Assembly: GCA_035503975.1 (NCBI GenBank)
Contig: DATJST010000312.1
Coordinates: forward strand, 1-53,356
From: Acidimicrobiales bacterium
Lineage (GTDB): Bacteria > Actinomycetota > Acidimicrobiia > Acidimicrobiales > Palsa-688
Reading direction: 5' to 3'
DNA: 53,356 nucleotides
Position numbers and translations under genes: made by a program. This document shows, in pieces, positions 17,900-27,624 of this stretch. The notes under the pieces are model-generated. The model was given only the letters and a program-made list of their open reading frames with translations, had not been told where the DNA came from and ran no database searches. Positions within the stretch are counted from its first letter, which is position 1, and each line of letters opens with the position of its first letter.

Positions 17900-19894
17900 A
17901 TGAGCAGGTCAGGCGCTCCTCCCGGCGCGGTGCGAGCCGGCGTCGACGTCGGGGGCACCTTCACCGACTTGGCGATCGTCGCTGGGCCCACCATAAGGCT
18001 GGCTAAGGTCCCGTCTACGCCGCAAGACCAGTCCCGGGGCGTGATGGCTGCGCTCAGCGCCGCCAGGCTCGCCGGAGACGAAGTGGACGTGCTCTCCCAT
18101 GGCACGACGGTGGCCACCAACGCCTTGCTGGAGCGGCGCGGGGCGCGCACCGCGCTGCTCACGACGGAGGGTTTCCGGGACGTTGTCGAGATCGGCCGCC
18201 AAGCGCGGCCGGCGCTCTACGACTTGACTCGCCCGCCACCACCCCCGCTGGTAGGCCGCGAGCAACGCTTCACCGTACGCGAGCGGACGGGACCGGAGGG
18301 CGAGCTCGTCCCCCTGGACCAGGCCCACCTGGAACGCGTCATCGAAGACATCCGCGCCGGCGAGTTCGAAGCGGTGGCGGTCTGTTTCCTCTTTTCCTTC
18401 CTCGACTCTGGGCATGAACGAGCGGCCGCCGCGGCTCTGTCCTGCGCGCTGCCCCAGTTAAGGGTGGCGCTTTCGAGCGACGTGCTCCCTTTGGTGCGCG
18501 AGTACGAACGCTTTTCGACCACGCTCGCCGACGCCTACCTGGGGCCCGTGCTCGAAGGCTACCTAAGCGAGCTCGGGCGGCGCCTGGGCGCTGGAGGTTT
18601 CCCCCAACCCGTCGTCATGCAGTCCTCGGGCGGCGTGACCAGCCTCGAGGCTGTCACACGGCGGCCGTCGTCGTGCGTCCTGTCAGGCCCCGCGGCTGGT
18701 GTCGTGGGGGCCACTTTCGCTGCCGCCGGCAGCGGCTTCGAAGACGTGCTCACCTTCGACATGGGCGGTACGAGCACCGACGTTGCCTTGGTCGTGGGGG
18801 GCGAGGTGCAGGCCACCACCACCGCCGTCATTGCCGGAGTGCCGGTCCACCACCCGATGGTGGACATCCATACGATCAGCGCCGGCGGGGGGTCGTTGGT
18901 GTGGGCGGACGGCGGCGGGGCCTGGAGGGTCGGCCCGCGATCGGCCGGAGCACGGCCGGGGCCGGCCTGCTACGGCCTCGGTGGGACGGCGGCGACCATT
19001 ACAGACGCCGACCTCTACCTCGGTTACCTCGCCGACGGCGCCAGGCTCGGAGGCTCCGTGGTCCTCGACAGGGCCCGGGCCGAGGGCGCTCTCCAGTCTG
19101 CGGGCGCGACGGTGGGGCTCTCCCCCCTGGAGGCCGCGCTGGGTGCGTTGCGGGTGGCCGAGGCTGAGATGGCCCGTGCGTTGCGCGTGGTGAGCACCGG
19201 GCGGGGTGCCGACCCGCGCCGTTTCGCCCTGGTGGCCTTCGGGGGGGCCGGGGCCATGCACGCTTGCCATCTGGCCGAGGAGCTCGGTGTTGGCACCGTT
19301 TTGGTGCCGGCTGCCGCCGGCGCCCTCAGCGCGCTCGGGCTAGCAGTGTCGGACGTGCGCCGTGACTTAGCGGTGGCGTTCCTGTCCTCCTTGCCCGAGC
19401 TCGACGTGGGCGCCATGGGCGCCGCCTTCGAGGCCCTCGAGCACCGGGCCTGCGCCGAGCTCGGGCGGCCAGAACTGCGGCGGGCCGCCGACCTGCGTTA
19501 CACGGGCCAGTCGTTCGAGCTCACAGTGCCGGCGGGTGACCCGGGGCGTTTGGGCGACAACTTCGCGGCTGCCCATCGGCGCCGCTACGGCTTTGACTTG
19601 CCGGGCGAGGTGGTCGAGGTCGTGGCCATCAGGGTGACGGCCACGGTGCGGGTGCCCAAGCCTGCGCTCGCCGGGCCCCGTCGCATGCGGGCCGAGCCGG
19701 TAACTCGTCGTACCGCTTTCTTCGACGGCTCCTGGGCCGAGGTGCCGGTGTTCTCCCTGGAGGCCGGGCAGGCGCTCGGACCGGCCAGCCGCGGCCCGGT
19801 TCTCGTCGAGCTGCCCGGCGCCACCTGCGTCGTCCAGCCCGGGTGGAGGGTGGCCAGTGACGAGGCGGGGGCGCTCGTAATGGAGATGTCGTGA
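17900..19894 (+). CDS. hyuA: Hydantoinase/oxoprolinase family protein, A subunit
   Basis: 'GVDVGGTFTD' N-terminus, 'TFDMGGTSTDV', ~660 aa. Confidence 0.9.
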   Translation: MSRSGAPPGAVRAGVDVGGTFTDLAIVAGPTIRLAKVPSTPQDQSRGVMAALSAARLAGDEVDVLSHGTTVATNALLERRGARTALLTTEGFRDVVEIGRQARPALYDLTRPPPPPLVGREQRFTVRERTGPEGELVPLDQAHLERVIEDIRAGEFEAVAVCFLFSFLDSGHERAAAAALSCALPQLRVALSSDVLPLVREYERFSTTLADAYLGPVLEGYLSELGRRLGAGGFPQPVVMQSSGGVTSLEAVTRRPSSCVLSGPAAGVVGATFAAAGSGFEDVLTFDMGGTSTDVALVVGGEVQATTTAVIAGVPVHHPMVDIHTISAGGGSLVWADGGGAWRVGPRSAGARPGPACYGLGGTAATITDADLYLGYLADGARLGGSVVLDRARAEGALQSAGATVGLSPLEAALGALRVAEAEMARALRVVSTGRGADPRRFALVAFGGAGAMHACHLAEELGVGTVLVPAAAGALSALGLAVSDVRRDLAVAFLSSLPELDVGAMGAAFEALEHRACAELGRPELRRAADLRYTGQSFELTVPAGDPGRLGDNFAAAHRRRYGFDLPGEVVEVVAIRVTATVRVPKPALAGPRRMRAEPVTRRTAFFDGSWAEVPVFSLEAGQALGPASRGPVLVELPGATCVVQPGWRVASDEAGALVMEMS

Positions 19895-21489
19895 ACGCCA
19901 CGACCGGTGCCGCGGCCGGCCGCCTCGACCCGGTGAGCCTTTCCGTGCTGGTGAGCGCTCTGGCGGCGATAGCCGAAGAAATGGGTGCGGTCCTCGTGCG
20001 GAGCAGTTACTCCTCCAACATAAAAGAGCGCCGTGACTGCTCGTGCGCTCTTTACGACGCCGACGGCTGCCTGGTCGCCCAGGCTGAGCACATACCGGTG
20101 CACCTGGGCGCCATGCAGGAGTCAGTGCGGGTTGTGCGCGAGCGTGCGGCCGGTCCGGGCGACGTGTTCGTCCTCAACGACCCCTATGCAGGGGGCACGC
20201 ACCTCCCGGACATCACCATGGTCAGCCCGGTCGACTACGAGGGGGAGGTGATCGGTTATGCGGTCAACCGAGCGCACCACTCAGATGTCGGAGGAATGGC
20301 CCCGGGCTCGATGCCCAGCAGTTCCCGCTCGATCTACCAAGAAGGCCTCGTTGTCCCGCCCGTGCGATTGGTAAAGGCGGGTGAGCTCTGCGGCGACGTG
20401 CTCGACCTTGTGCTCGCGAACGTGCGCACACCCGCCGTGCGCCGTGTGGACCTGCTCGCGCAGGTGGCGGCCAACGCTGTTGGGGCGGAGCGCATGCGTG
20501 CCCTCGTGGCCCGTTATGGCTGGGACTTCGTCGAGCGGGCATGCAAGGAGGTGATCGCTTATGCCGAACGGCGCACCCGCCAAGCGCTGCTGGCCCTCCC
20601 CGAAGGCACCTACAAGGCGAGCGGGGAGCTGGAAGGCGACGGGGTGGAGCCCGGGGACATACCGGTTGAGGTGGCTGTCAGCGTGTACCGGGGCACCGTC
20701 ACGGTCGACTTCGCCGGCACCTCAGGCGCCGTCGCGGGCAACGTCAATTGCCCCCGCTCGGTTACCCTTTCCGCCTGCCTGTTCGCCCTGCGGTGCGCCC
20801 TCCCAGAGGACATACCGGTGAACGCGGGGGTGGCCGCGGCGCTAGAGATATTGCTGCCGCCCGCCTGCCTGCTCGATGCCCGCGCCCCGGTGGCGGTGGT
20901 GGCCGGCAATGTCGAGACCAGCCAGCGGGTGGCCGACGTCGTGCTCGCCGCCCTCGGGCAAGTTGTGGAGCTGCCGGCGGCCGGGCAGGGCACGATGAAC
21001 AACCTCATCATCGGCGGCCCGACCTGGAGCTACTACGAGACCATCGGTGGCGGCCAAGGGGCCCACTCGGGCGGCGACGGCGCTTCCGGGGTGCACGTCG
21101 GCATGACCAATACCCTCAACACACCGGTCGAGGCGCTGGAGCTCGAGTTCCCCGTGCGGGTGGAGAGCTACCAGTTGCGCTACGGCACCGGCGGTCTGGG
21201 CCGGTACCGGGGGGGAGACGGGACCGAACGACGCCTGCGCGTCCTCGAGCCGGCGAGCGTCTCGATCATCGCCGACCGGCGCCGCCACCGGCCCGCCGGC
21301 AAGCACGGCGGGGGAGACGGGGCCTGCGGCGAGAACCTGGTCGATGGGCTGCTCGTGGCGCCTAAGTTCAGCGCCGAGCTCCAGGCCGGCCAAGTGGTCG
21401 CCGTCCTGACACCTGGGGGCGGGGGCTACGGGCCGGCACCTCGGCCAGCCTCCGGACCACCCTCGCAAGCTGGCGGTCCGGCTTCCTAA
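19891..21489 (+). CDS. hyuB: Hydantoinase B/oxoprolinase family protein
   Basis: 'HIPVHLGAM' and 'NDPYAGGTHLPD' motifs. GTGA start/stop overlap with hyuA. Confidence 0.9.
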   Translation: MNATTGAAAGRLDPVSLSVLVSALAAIAEEMGAVLVRSSYSSNIKERRDCSCALYDADGCLVAQAEHIPVHLGAMQESVRVVRERAAGPGDVFVLNDPYAGGTHLPDITMVSPVDYEGEVIGYAVNRAHHSDVGGMAPGSMPSSSRSIYQEGLVVPPVRLVKAGELCGDVLDLVLANVRTPAVRRVDLLAQVAANAVGAERMRALVARYGWDFVERACKEVIAYAERRTRQALLALPEGTYKASGELEGDGVEPGDIPVEVAVSVYRGTVTVDFAGTSGAVAGNVNCPRSVTLSACLFALRCALPEDIPVNAGVAAALEILLPPACLLDARAPVAVVAGNVETSQRVADVVLAALGQVVELPAAGQGTMNNLIIGGPTWSYYETIGGGQGAHSGGDGASGVHVGMTNTLNTPVEALELEFPVRVESYQLRYGTGGLGRYRGGDGTERRLRVLEPASVSIIADRRRHRPAGKHGGGDGACGENLVDGLLVAPKFSAELQAGQVVAVLTPGGGGYGPAPRPASGPPSQAGGPAS

Positions 21490-21521
21490 GCTCGACGCCC
21501 GCGCTTTAGGCTCTGCCGGGG

Positions 21522-23387
21522 ATGGCGCACGACCCTGGTAGCTCCGCCCTTCCCGTGGCCGGGCGGTACTCGAGAGCTGCCATGCCGGCCGCGACGACCG
21601 GGGCACCCGCCGGCGACGCAGAGCTGGCGGCGACCACCCCTGCTGGCCCGCGCGGGCGCCCGCTCCCCCAGGCGTGGTGGGCTGGCATGGCCCACGCCGC
21701 CTCGTTGCTGGCGGCGTTCGCGTTCTGGCTGTCGCTCGGGCGCGGGCTGTGGTTCTTCCAGGACGACTGGGACTTCCTGGAGCGCCGCGGCCTTGGTTAC
21801 GCACCCGGCAACCAACGCAGTCTGTGGTTCGCTCACAACGAGCACTGGTCCACCCTGCCTATCCTGCTCTGGCGCGCTTTGTACAGCGTGTTCGCGCTCG
21901 GCACCTACTGGCCGTACCTCGTGTGCTTGCTCCTGGTGCAGCTGGCGGTGATGCACCTGATCTGGCGCTGGTGCCGGAGAGCAGGCTGCGACCCCTGGGT
22001 GGCGTTCGCGGCCGCAGCACTCGTCGGGCTCATGGGGGCCGGGGCATCGGACTTCCTCTCCGCCTTCCAGGTCACCTTCGTCGGCTCGGTCATGTTCGGC
22101 CTCATCGCCATCGACCTCATCGAGCGGGTGGACCAGCGCCGGGACGTGGCGGCTTCGCTCGCGCTCCTTGCCAGCTTGATGTGCTCGACCGTCGGGGACG
22201 CGATGGTGGCCGGGACAGCCGTCCTGCTCTTTGCGCGGCGACCGGCGCGCAGGGCGGCGGTCGTCCTGGCGCTGCCGGTCGCCAGCTACGCCATCTGGTT
22301 CGCCTTCCTCGGGCGCCCTTCGGTGAGCGCCCCGACCGACCATTTCACCTTCTCCACGCTCAGTACGTTGCCCGGGTACATCTGGTTCGGGCTCTCGACG
22401 GGCCTTGGCACCACCTTCAATTACGTCGATGCCGGCGCGGCCATCCTCGTCGGCCTCGCCGCCTGGGTGATATGGCACATGCGCGCCCTGTGGCAGGAAG
22501 CCCCGTCGGCTCTCGGCCTGTGCGCAGCATCGGTCTGCTTCTGGGCACTCGCCGGCCTCGGCCGGGACACAACAGCGGGGGCGTCCACCGCCGTCATCTC
22601 GCGGTACGTCTTCGTCGGGACCGCTGTCTTGCTGCCGGTCATCGCCAAGCTGCTCAGTTCAGCCTCCGCCCATCCCGCGGCGCGGCTCACCGTCGTCACC
22701 GTCCTGCTCGGGACCGTGCTCGGCAACATCGGCCAGGCCCAGACCGCCGCGACCGCTAGCGTCGCCCAGGAGACCACCCTCAAAGTGGCGCTGGCCGGGG
22801 CGGCGCGCCTGCTCGCCCAGGGCGTGCCCGACGTGTCCGGCCCGGACGCGCCCCCCGTGGGCCTCTACCCGTCGCTGTCAGCAGCCACGGTCGCGCGCCT
22901 GTACCGCTCAGGCGTACTGCCGCGGCTGGCGGTTAGCCCGGTTGACCTTGCCAACAGCCGGGCCCTGCTCGCGCTGGGGACCTGGAACGGCCGGCGTACC
23001 GCCCTGCTCGACCACCCCCTGTTCCGCGGGCGCTTCCGGGTTGTGAACACGATTGACGGCATCGTCGCCCGGCAGGGGCCCGGCTGCGTATCGGTGGCAC
23101 CCGAGACCCTCAGCCCTGCCATGCAGGTCTGGCTGCGCATGGCCCCCGGCCCGAGCTCGGCATCGGTCGAGCTGAGCGCCGCCCCAGCGTCGCCCGGCCT
23201 GACCAACTATGTCGGGGCGCTGCTTGTGCCTTACTCCGGCCCGGCGGCGCACGCGCCCGTGCAGCTGGTCGTGCCGAACAACGGCACCGGGTACCTGAGC
23301 GACGACGACAACCGTGCCGAAGTCGTGCTCATCTGGGACATCGGGACACCTTTGTTGCTCTGCGGCCTGGCCGGCGCCGGGGGCTGA
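21522..23387 (+). CDS. Polytopic membrane protein, GT-C-fold glycosyltransferase-like
   Basis: About 10 or more hydrophobic helices. 'FFQDDWDFL' follows the first helix, the position of the acidic motif in GT-C enzymes. ~200-aa C-terminal soluble domain. Exact start is uncertain. Confidence 0.55.
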   Translation: MAHDPGSSALPVAGRYSRAAMPAATTGAPAGDAELAATTPAGPRGRPLPQAWWAGMAHAASLLAAFAFWLSLGRGLWFFQDDWDFLERRGLGYAPGNQRSLWFAHNEHWSTLPILLWRALYSVFALGTYWPYLVCLLLVQLAVMHLIWRWCRRAGCDPWVAFAAAALVGLMGAGASDFLSAFQVTFVGSVMFGLIAIDLIERVDQRRDVAASLALLASLMCSTVGDAMVAGTAVLLFARRPARRAAVVLALPVASYAIWFAFLGRPSVSAPTDHFTFSTLSTLPGYIWFGLSTGLGTTFNYVDAGAAILVGLAAWVIWHMRALWQEAPSALGLCAASVCFWALAGLGRDTTAGASTAVISRYVFVGTAVLLPVIAKLLSSASAHPAARLTVVTVLLGTVLGNIGQAQTAATASVAQETTLKVALAGAARLLAQGVPDVSGPDAPPVGLYPSLSAATVARLYRSGVLPRLAVSPVDLANSRALLALGTWNGRRTALLDHPLFRGRFRVVNTIDGIVARQGPGCVSVAPETLSPAMQVWLRMAPGPSSASVELSAAPASPGLTNYVGALLVPYSGPAAHAPVQLVVPNNGTGYLSDDDNRAEVVLIWDIGTPLLLCGLAGAGG

Positions 23388-23453
23388 GGCCCCGCACCAG
23401 GCGCGTATCATGGGCGGACGCCCGACGACCTGGAACCCGCGCTCCTCGATGAC

Positions 23454-25310
23454 GTGGACCAGCTGCTGGAGCGCTGGCGGGTGCGTTACGCCGGGCGCCC
23501 CGCGGCCGAGCTGCGCCGCCTTGTACTGCTTTCGCTCGAGCGGGAGCAGATCGTCGCGGTCGCCTACCGGGAGGAAGCGGTGGCCGGCCGGGTCGCCGGA
23601 CTGGACATCGACAAGGATGCCAAGGACTTGGTCCGCCAGGCCCTGGTGTGGATCTGGAAGGACGAGCAGCTCCACGCCGAGTACATCCGGGGGGCACTGC
23701 TGCGGGCCAAGGGGGCTGCGGCCAAGGTCATCGTTTACGGCCGTCAGCTTCAAGGCGCGCTGTCGGGTTGGACATCGGCCACCTCAAATCACCGCGACCC
23801 GAGGACGGCCCCGTTCCGGGCCGGTGCGGCCGGCGCTCTCGTCGTGCTCGGGCGGGTCAGCGGCCAGGTGCCGGCCGTGCTGCAACGCGAGCTCCACTTC
23901 CAGACCTTCCGTCACTACTGCCGGCTCAACGTCGCCCTCGAGGCCAGCGCGGAACGTGCCTACCGCCGGGTGGTCGAGCTCTGCGACGACCCGGCCGAAC
24001 GAGCCGCCTTCGAGGCCATCCGGCTCGACGAGGCACGCCACACCGAGGCGTTCAACGTGCTGGTGGACGAGCTGACCGAAGACGACCGGCTGGCGCGCCC
24101 CGACGGCGGTGCCCGGCTCGCTGAACGCCTGGCTGCCATCAGCCCTTGGTTCATCCCGGCCGACCTGCGAGCTGCGCTGCCGTTAGGGGAAGGGCCGCCG
24201 GCCAACGGGGCAGGCAGGCGGCGGACCTTCGGCTCGCGCCGGCGCGTGGTCGCCCGCCACGGAGCCCCGGGAGCGCCCGTGGCGAGCAAGCGGAGGCTCC
24301 TCGAAGAGTGCCTGGACGGCGCCGGTCTCGGGGAAATGGCGGCCGGCGCGGCCACCGCGGCCGTTCGGGTGGCCTTCATGCTTGGCTATGACCGGCGGGA
24401 CACTTCCAACGTGACCAGCCCGGAGCTGGTCGAAATGCTGGCGTCGTACCTGCGCCGCCACGGCGTCGGGGATGTGGCCGTGCTCGAGGCACCCACCGTT
24501 TACGGCAACAGCTACGCCCACCGGTCGGTTGCCGAAGTCGCCGCCTACTTCGGTTTCTCTTCGGACATGTACCGGGTGGTGGACATCAGCGAGGACCTCG
24601 AGCCCTTTACCTTCGAGCGCGGGTTCGTCGAGCACGCCATCAGTTCCACGTGGTTGGCGGCCGACCTGCGCGTGGTCGTACCCAAGCTGCGTACCGCACC
24701 GACCGATTTCGCCCATCTCAGCCTGTGCACGCTCGAAGGCAGTACGGGACGCATCGACGAGACCGTCTACGCCGGCCGGCAGCTCGACTACCGCTCGGCC
24801 ACCATGATGCTGCTCGACGTCGCTCCCCCCGACTTCTCTCTCGTCGACGGATGGGACCCGGTGGCGGACGGGCCGTTTGGGGTGATGGGCTGCCACCGTC
24901 CCGCACACGTACGGCACCTGTACGCCGGAGCCGATGCTCTCGCCGTGGACGAGGTTGTGCTGGCCGACCTGGGTGTGCGCGATCCGAGGCGGGCGCCGGT
25001 GCTGCGCCGGGCCTACCACTGGTTCGGGATCGACCCCGGCCCGGTTGAGGTGGAAGGCAAGCGAGCCGACCTGCACGCGGAGCTTCGAGGTGCGCACGCG
25101 TCGCCCTGGTGGCGGGCGATCGGGCTCTTGTCCGACCCGGTGTACACCTATCTCAGTCAGCGAGGGGCCGTCTTCGTCCCCGCCCTCGACAGAGCTGCCT
25201 TCCCGGCTCTGGGACCGGCCAGCCCATTTGTGCGCTCCGTGCAATGGGCCACCCAGCGGGTCTTTGGTCTCCGCCCAGCCCCGAGGTCTGCGGCCGGCAC
25301 ATGCGCTTAG
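23454..25310 (+). CDS. Fusion protein: N-terminal ferritin-like diiron four-helix domain + C-terminal DUF362 domain
   Basis: Duplicated E-x~30-ExxH pattern (E40/41 ... E71-QL-H74; E163 ... E193-AR-H196). DUF362-like blocks 'VVVPKLRT', 'LVDGWDPVADGPFGVMG', 'YAGADALAVDEVVLADLGV'. Confidence 0.7.
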   Translation: MDQLLERWRVRYAGRPAAELRRLVLLSLEREQIVAVAYREEAVAGRVAGLDIDKDAKDLVRQALVWIWKDEQLHAEYIRGALLRAKGAAAKVIVYGRQLQGALSGWTSATSNHRDPRTAPFRAGAAGALVVLGRVSGQVPAVLQRELHFQTFRHYCRLNVALEASAERAYRRVVELCDDPAERAAFEAIRLDEARHTEAFNVLVDELTEDDRLARPDGGARLAERLAAISPWFIPADLRAALPLGEGPPANGAGRRRTFGSRRRVVARHGAPGAPVASKRRLLEECLDGAGLGEMAAGAATAAVRVAFMLGYDRRDTSNVTSPELVEMLASYLRRHGVGDVAVLEAPTVYGNSYAHRSVAEVAAYFGFSSDMYRVVDISEDLEPFTFERGFVEHAISSTWLAADLRVVVPKLRTAPTDFAHLSLCTLEGSTGRIDETVYAGRQLDYRSATMMLLDVAPPDFSLVDGWDPVADGPFGVMGCHRPAHVRHLYAGADALAVDEVVLADLGVRDPRRAPVLRRAYHWFGIDPGPVEVEGKRADLHAELRGAHASPWWRAIGLLSDPVYTYLSQRGAVFVPALDRAAFPALGPASPFVRSVQWATQRVFGLRPAPRSAAGTCA

Positions 25311-26398
25311 GCGGTCCGGGTCGGTGGGTGGCGTACGACTGGGAGCTGGCCGGGCGCGGGATGTGGGAAACCCTCAGGCAGGGCCGCACGGCTGCCCGCG
25401 CCCTCGCCATCTCGGACAGCCGGGCGCTCGTGCGCTCCCTGTTCCTCGCTTCGGCCGTCGGCTCGGGCCTGCTCGAGCACTTGCGCGTGCGGCCGACGGC
25501 GGCCGAGCTCGCCGAGCGGTGCGGGTTCAGCCGGCCTGAGCGCCTCCTTGCGTGGCTGGAAGTCGGGGCCGAGGTGGGTGAGCTGGGCTCGGTACGCGCG
25601 CGTGCTGGGCGGGACGAGCGTTTCCGCTTGAAAGGGCGCCGCGCCCGCGCCTTGGCGGGCGGCGACAGGCTGCTCGAAGCCCACTACCGCTCCATGCTGG
25701 AGTACCAGGTAGGGCCCTATAGCGAGCTGCTCGCGTTGCTGAGCGAACAACCAGGGACCGGCCGCGACGACCTGAGCCGCTACGCGGGCGACATCGCCGA
25801 GGTCTCCCTGGCAGCGGAGCCGTTCGTGGCCGCTCTGGTGGCGTGTAGCGTGCGCCGCGTCGCGCCCGACCGCGCCCTGGACATCGGTTGTGGGAGCGGA
25901 GCGTACTCCGAAGCCGTCCTGCGCAGTTCGCCCACCGTCCAATTGGACGGGCTCGACATGTCGGACGAGGTGGTGCGCCGGGCGCAGGGCCGGCTCTCTC
26001 GTGCCGGCTTGGCCTCGCGTGCCCACCTCGAGGTCGGCGAGGCGCGCCAGTGGTTGGCCGGGGCCGCACGTGACGGTAGGCGATACCAGCTGGTCATGCT
26101 GCTCAACAACGTGTACTACTTTGCCCGTCCCGATCGTCCGGCGCTTTATGGCCTGGTCCGGGACGTGATCGCGCCGGGTGGCGAACTGGTAGCGGTGAGC
26201 ATGGACGCACCTGGTTCGGTGGCCGCCGCCCACCTCAACTTCATGCTCCGGTGCCAGGCGGGGGACGCCTCCCTACCCCGGCCGGGCGAGCTGGCTGGGG
26301 ACCTTGTCGCCGCTGGTTATGACGTCGTCGAGGAGGCTCGCCTCGTCCCTGGGCAACCTTTCACCGGTGTGCGGGCGCGGCCGCGCAAAGCTTCCTAG
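25301..26398 (+). CDS. Class I SAM-dependent methyltransferase with N-terminal wHTH/dimerisation-like region
   Basis: 'ALDIGCGSGAYS' motif I. ATG 25301 overlaps the stop of the upstream gene (ATGCGCTTAG). The ORF part upstream lies inside the previous CDS. Confidence 0.8.
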   Translation: MRLGGPGRWVAYDWELAGRGMWETLRQGRTAARALAISDSRALVRSLFLASAVGSGLLEHLRVRPTAAELAERCGFSRPERLLAWLEVGAEVGELGSVRARAGRDERFRLKGRRARALAGGDRLLEAHYRSMLEYQVGPYSELLALLSEQPGTGRDDLSRYAGDIAEVSLAAEPFVAALVACSVRRVAPDRALDIGCGSGAYSEAVLRSSPTVQLDGLDMSDEVVRRAQGRLSRAGLASRAHLEVGEARQWLAGAARDGRRYQLVMLLNNVYYFARPDRPALYGLVRDVIAPGGELVAVSMDAPGSVAAAHLNFMLRCQAGDASLPRPGELAGDLVAAGYDVVEEARLVPGQPFTGVRARPRKAS

Positions 26399-26532
26399 CG
26401 GCGGCTCTTCAGGGCGGCGGTCTTCGGGGCGGCGGCTATTCAGGGCGGCGGCTATTCAGGGCGGCGGTCCTCAGTGCGGGCGCCTCAGTGCGGGCGCCTC
26501 AGTGCGGGCGCCTCAGCGCGGGCGCCGCTCCC
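26398..26532. repeat. Compound tandem repeat filling the whole convergent intergenic gap
   Basis: Five units of ~16 bp (GCGGCGGCTATTCAGG-like, 26398-26476), then three to four units of 14 bp (GCGGGCGCCTCAGT, 26477-~26532). Confidence 0.9.
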
Positions 26533-27516
26533 TCAGCGTGCCGTTACCAGCGTTGCTCCCGGCCCTCCCGGTGTCTCACCATGCTCGTACACCTCGGAGG
26601 CAGGACCGACGATCAACGGGTCCGGCGTGCCGACCACTTCGGGGTCCTTGTCGGGATAGTCGAACAATCCCAGGACATAGCGCATCGCGCCGATACGAGC
26701 GCGCTTTTTGTCGTTGCTCTTCACCACCGTCCACGGCGCCCAGGGCGTGTCGGTCTTGACGAACATGGCTTCCTTGGCGACGGTGTACGCATCCCAGCGG
26801 TTGAGCGAGGCGAGGTCGGTAGGCGAGAGCTTCCACTGGCGCACGGGGTCGATGCTGCGGATGAGGAACCGGGTGCGCTGTTCGGAGCGCGACACCGAGA
26901 ACCACAACTTCACCAGGTAGGTGCCGTCCTCGACCAGCAGCCGTTCGAGTTCAGGCGCCTGGCGCATGAACACCTGGTACTCCTCTTCACTGCAAAAGCC
27001 CATCACCCTTTCGACGCCTGCCCGGTTGTACCAGGACCGATCGAAAAGGACGATCTCCCCATTTGAGGGGAGGTGCGCGATGTAGCGCTGGAAATACCAT
27101 TCTCCCTGCTCGCGCTCGTTCGGCTTTTCGAGGGCGACAACGCTTGCACCACGAGGGTTGAGGTGCTCGGTGAAGCGTTTGATGGTGCCTCCCTTGCCCG
27201 CCGCGTCCCGGCCTTCGAACATGATCATCAGCCTGCGGCCCTCGTTCTTGACCCAGTTCTGCAGCTTGAGCAGCTCGATCTGGAGGAGGCGTTTTTCGGC
27301 CTCGTACCCGGGCCGGGGCAGGCGCTCGTCGTAGGGGTAACCCTCGCGCCATGTGTCCACGAGGCGGCCGTCGCGCCATCGCAGCACCGGCTCGTCCTCG
27401 TCCTCGGTCTCATCCAGCACGAGCTGGTCAAGGTGGTGTGACAGGTCGAGGTCGAGGTCGAGCAAGGCGGCGCCGTCACTGTGGTCCTCACCAGCTCGCG
27501 TACCAGCCTCGCTCAC
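26533..27516 (-). CDS. ppk2: Polyphosphate kinase 2
   Basis: 'DAAGKGGTIKRF' P-loop and 'FDRSWYNRAGVERVMGF' PPK2 motifs. Confidence 0.9.
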   Translation of the reverse strand: MSEAGTRAGEDHSDGAALLDLDLDLSHHLDQLVLDETEDEDEPVLRWRDGRLVDTWREGYPYDERLPRPGYEAEKRLLQIELLKLQNWVKNEGRRLMIMFEGRDAAGKGGTIKRFTEHLNPRGASVVALEKPNEREQGEWYFQRYIAHLPSNGEIVLFDRSWYNRAGVERVMGFCSEEEYQVFMRQAPELERLLVEDGTYLVKLWFSVSRSEQRTRFLIRSIDPVRQWKLSPTDLASLNRWDAYTVAKEAMFVKTDTPWAPWTVVKSNDKKRARIGAMRYVLGLFDYPDKDPEVVGTPDPLIVGPASEVYEHGETPGGPGATLVTAR

Positions 27517-27624
27517 GGCTCGCCCGAGCCCTCGTGCGGACAGTTGGTCAGCAGCGTCACGTCACTCAGAGTAGGCGAACCTCGCGCCGAGCTCGCTGGG
27601 ACGCCGCCCCCTGCATGGCTGGCA

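Noticed and set aside
26398-26532. Possible CRISPR array (also considered for 28523-28588, 49082-49149 and 16716-16770)
   Set aside because: The units are only 9-22 bp and directly abut each other with no unique spacers. No cas genes are in the window. These are plain tandem repeats.
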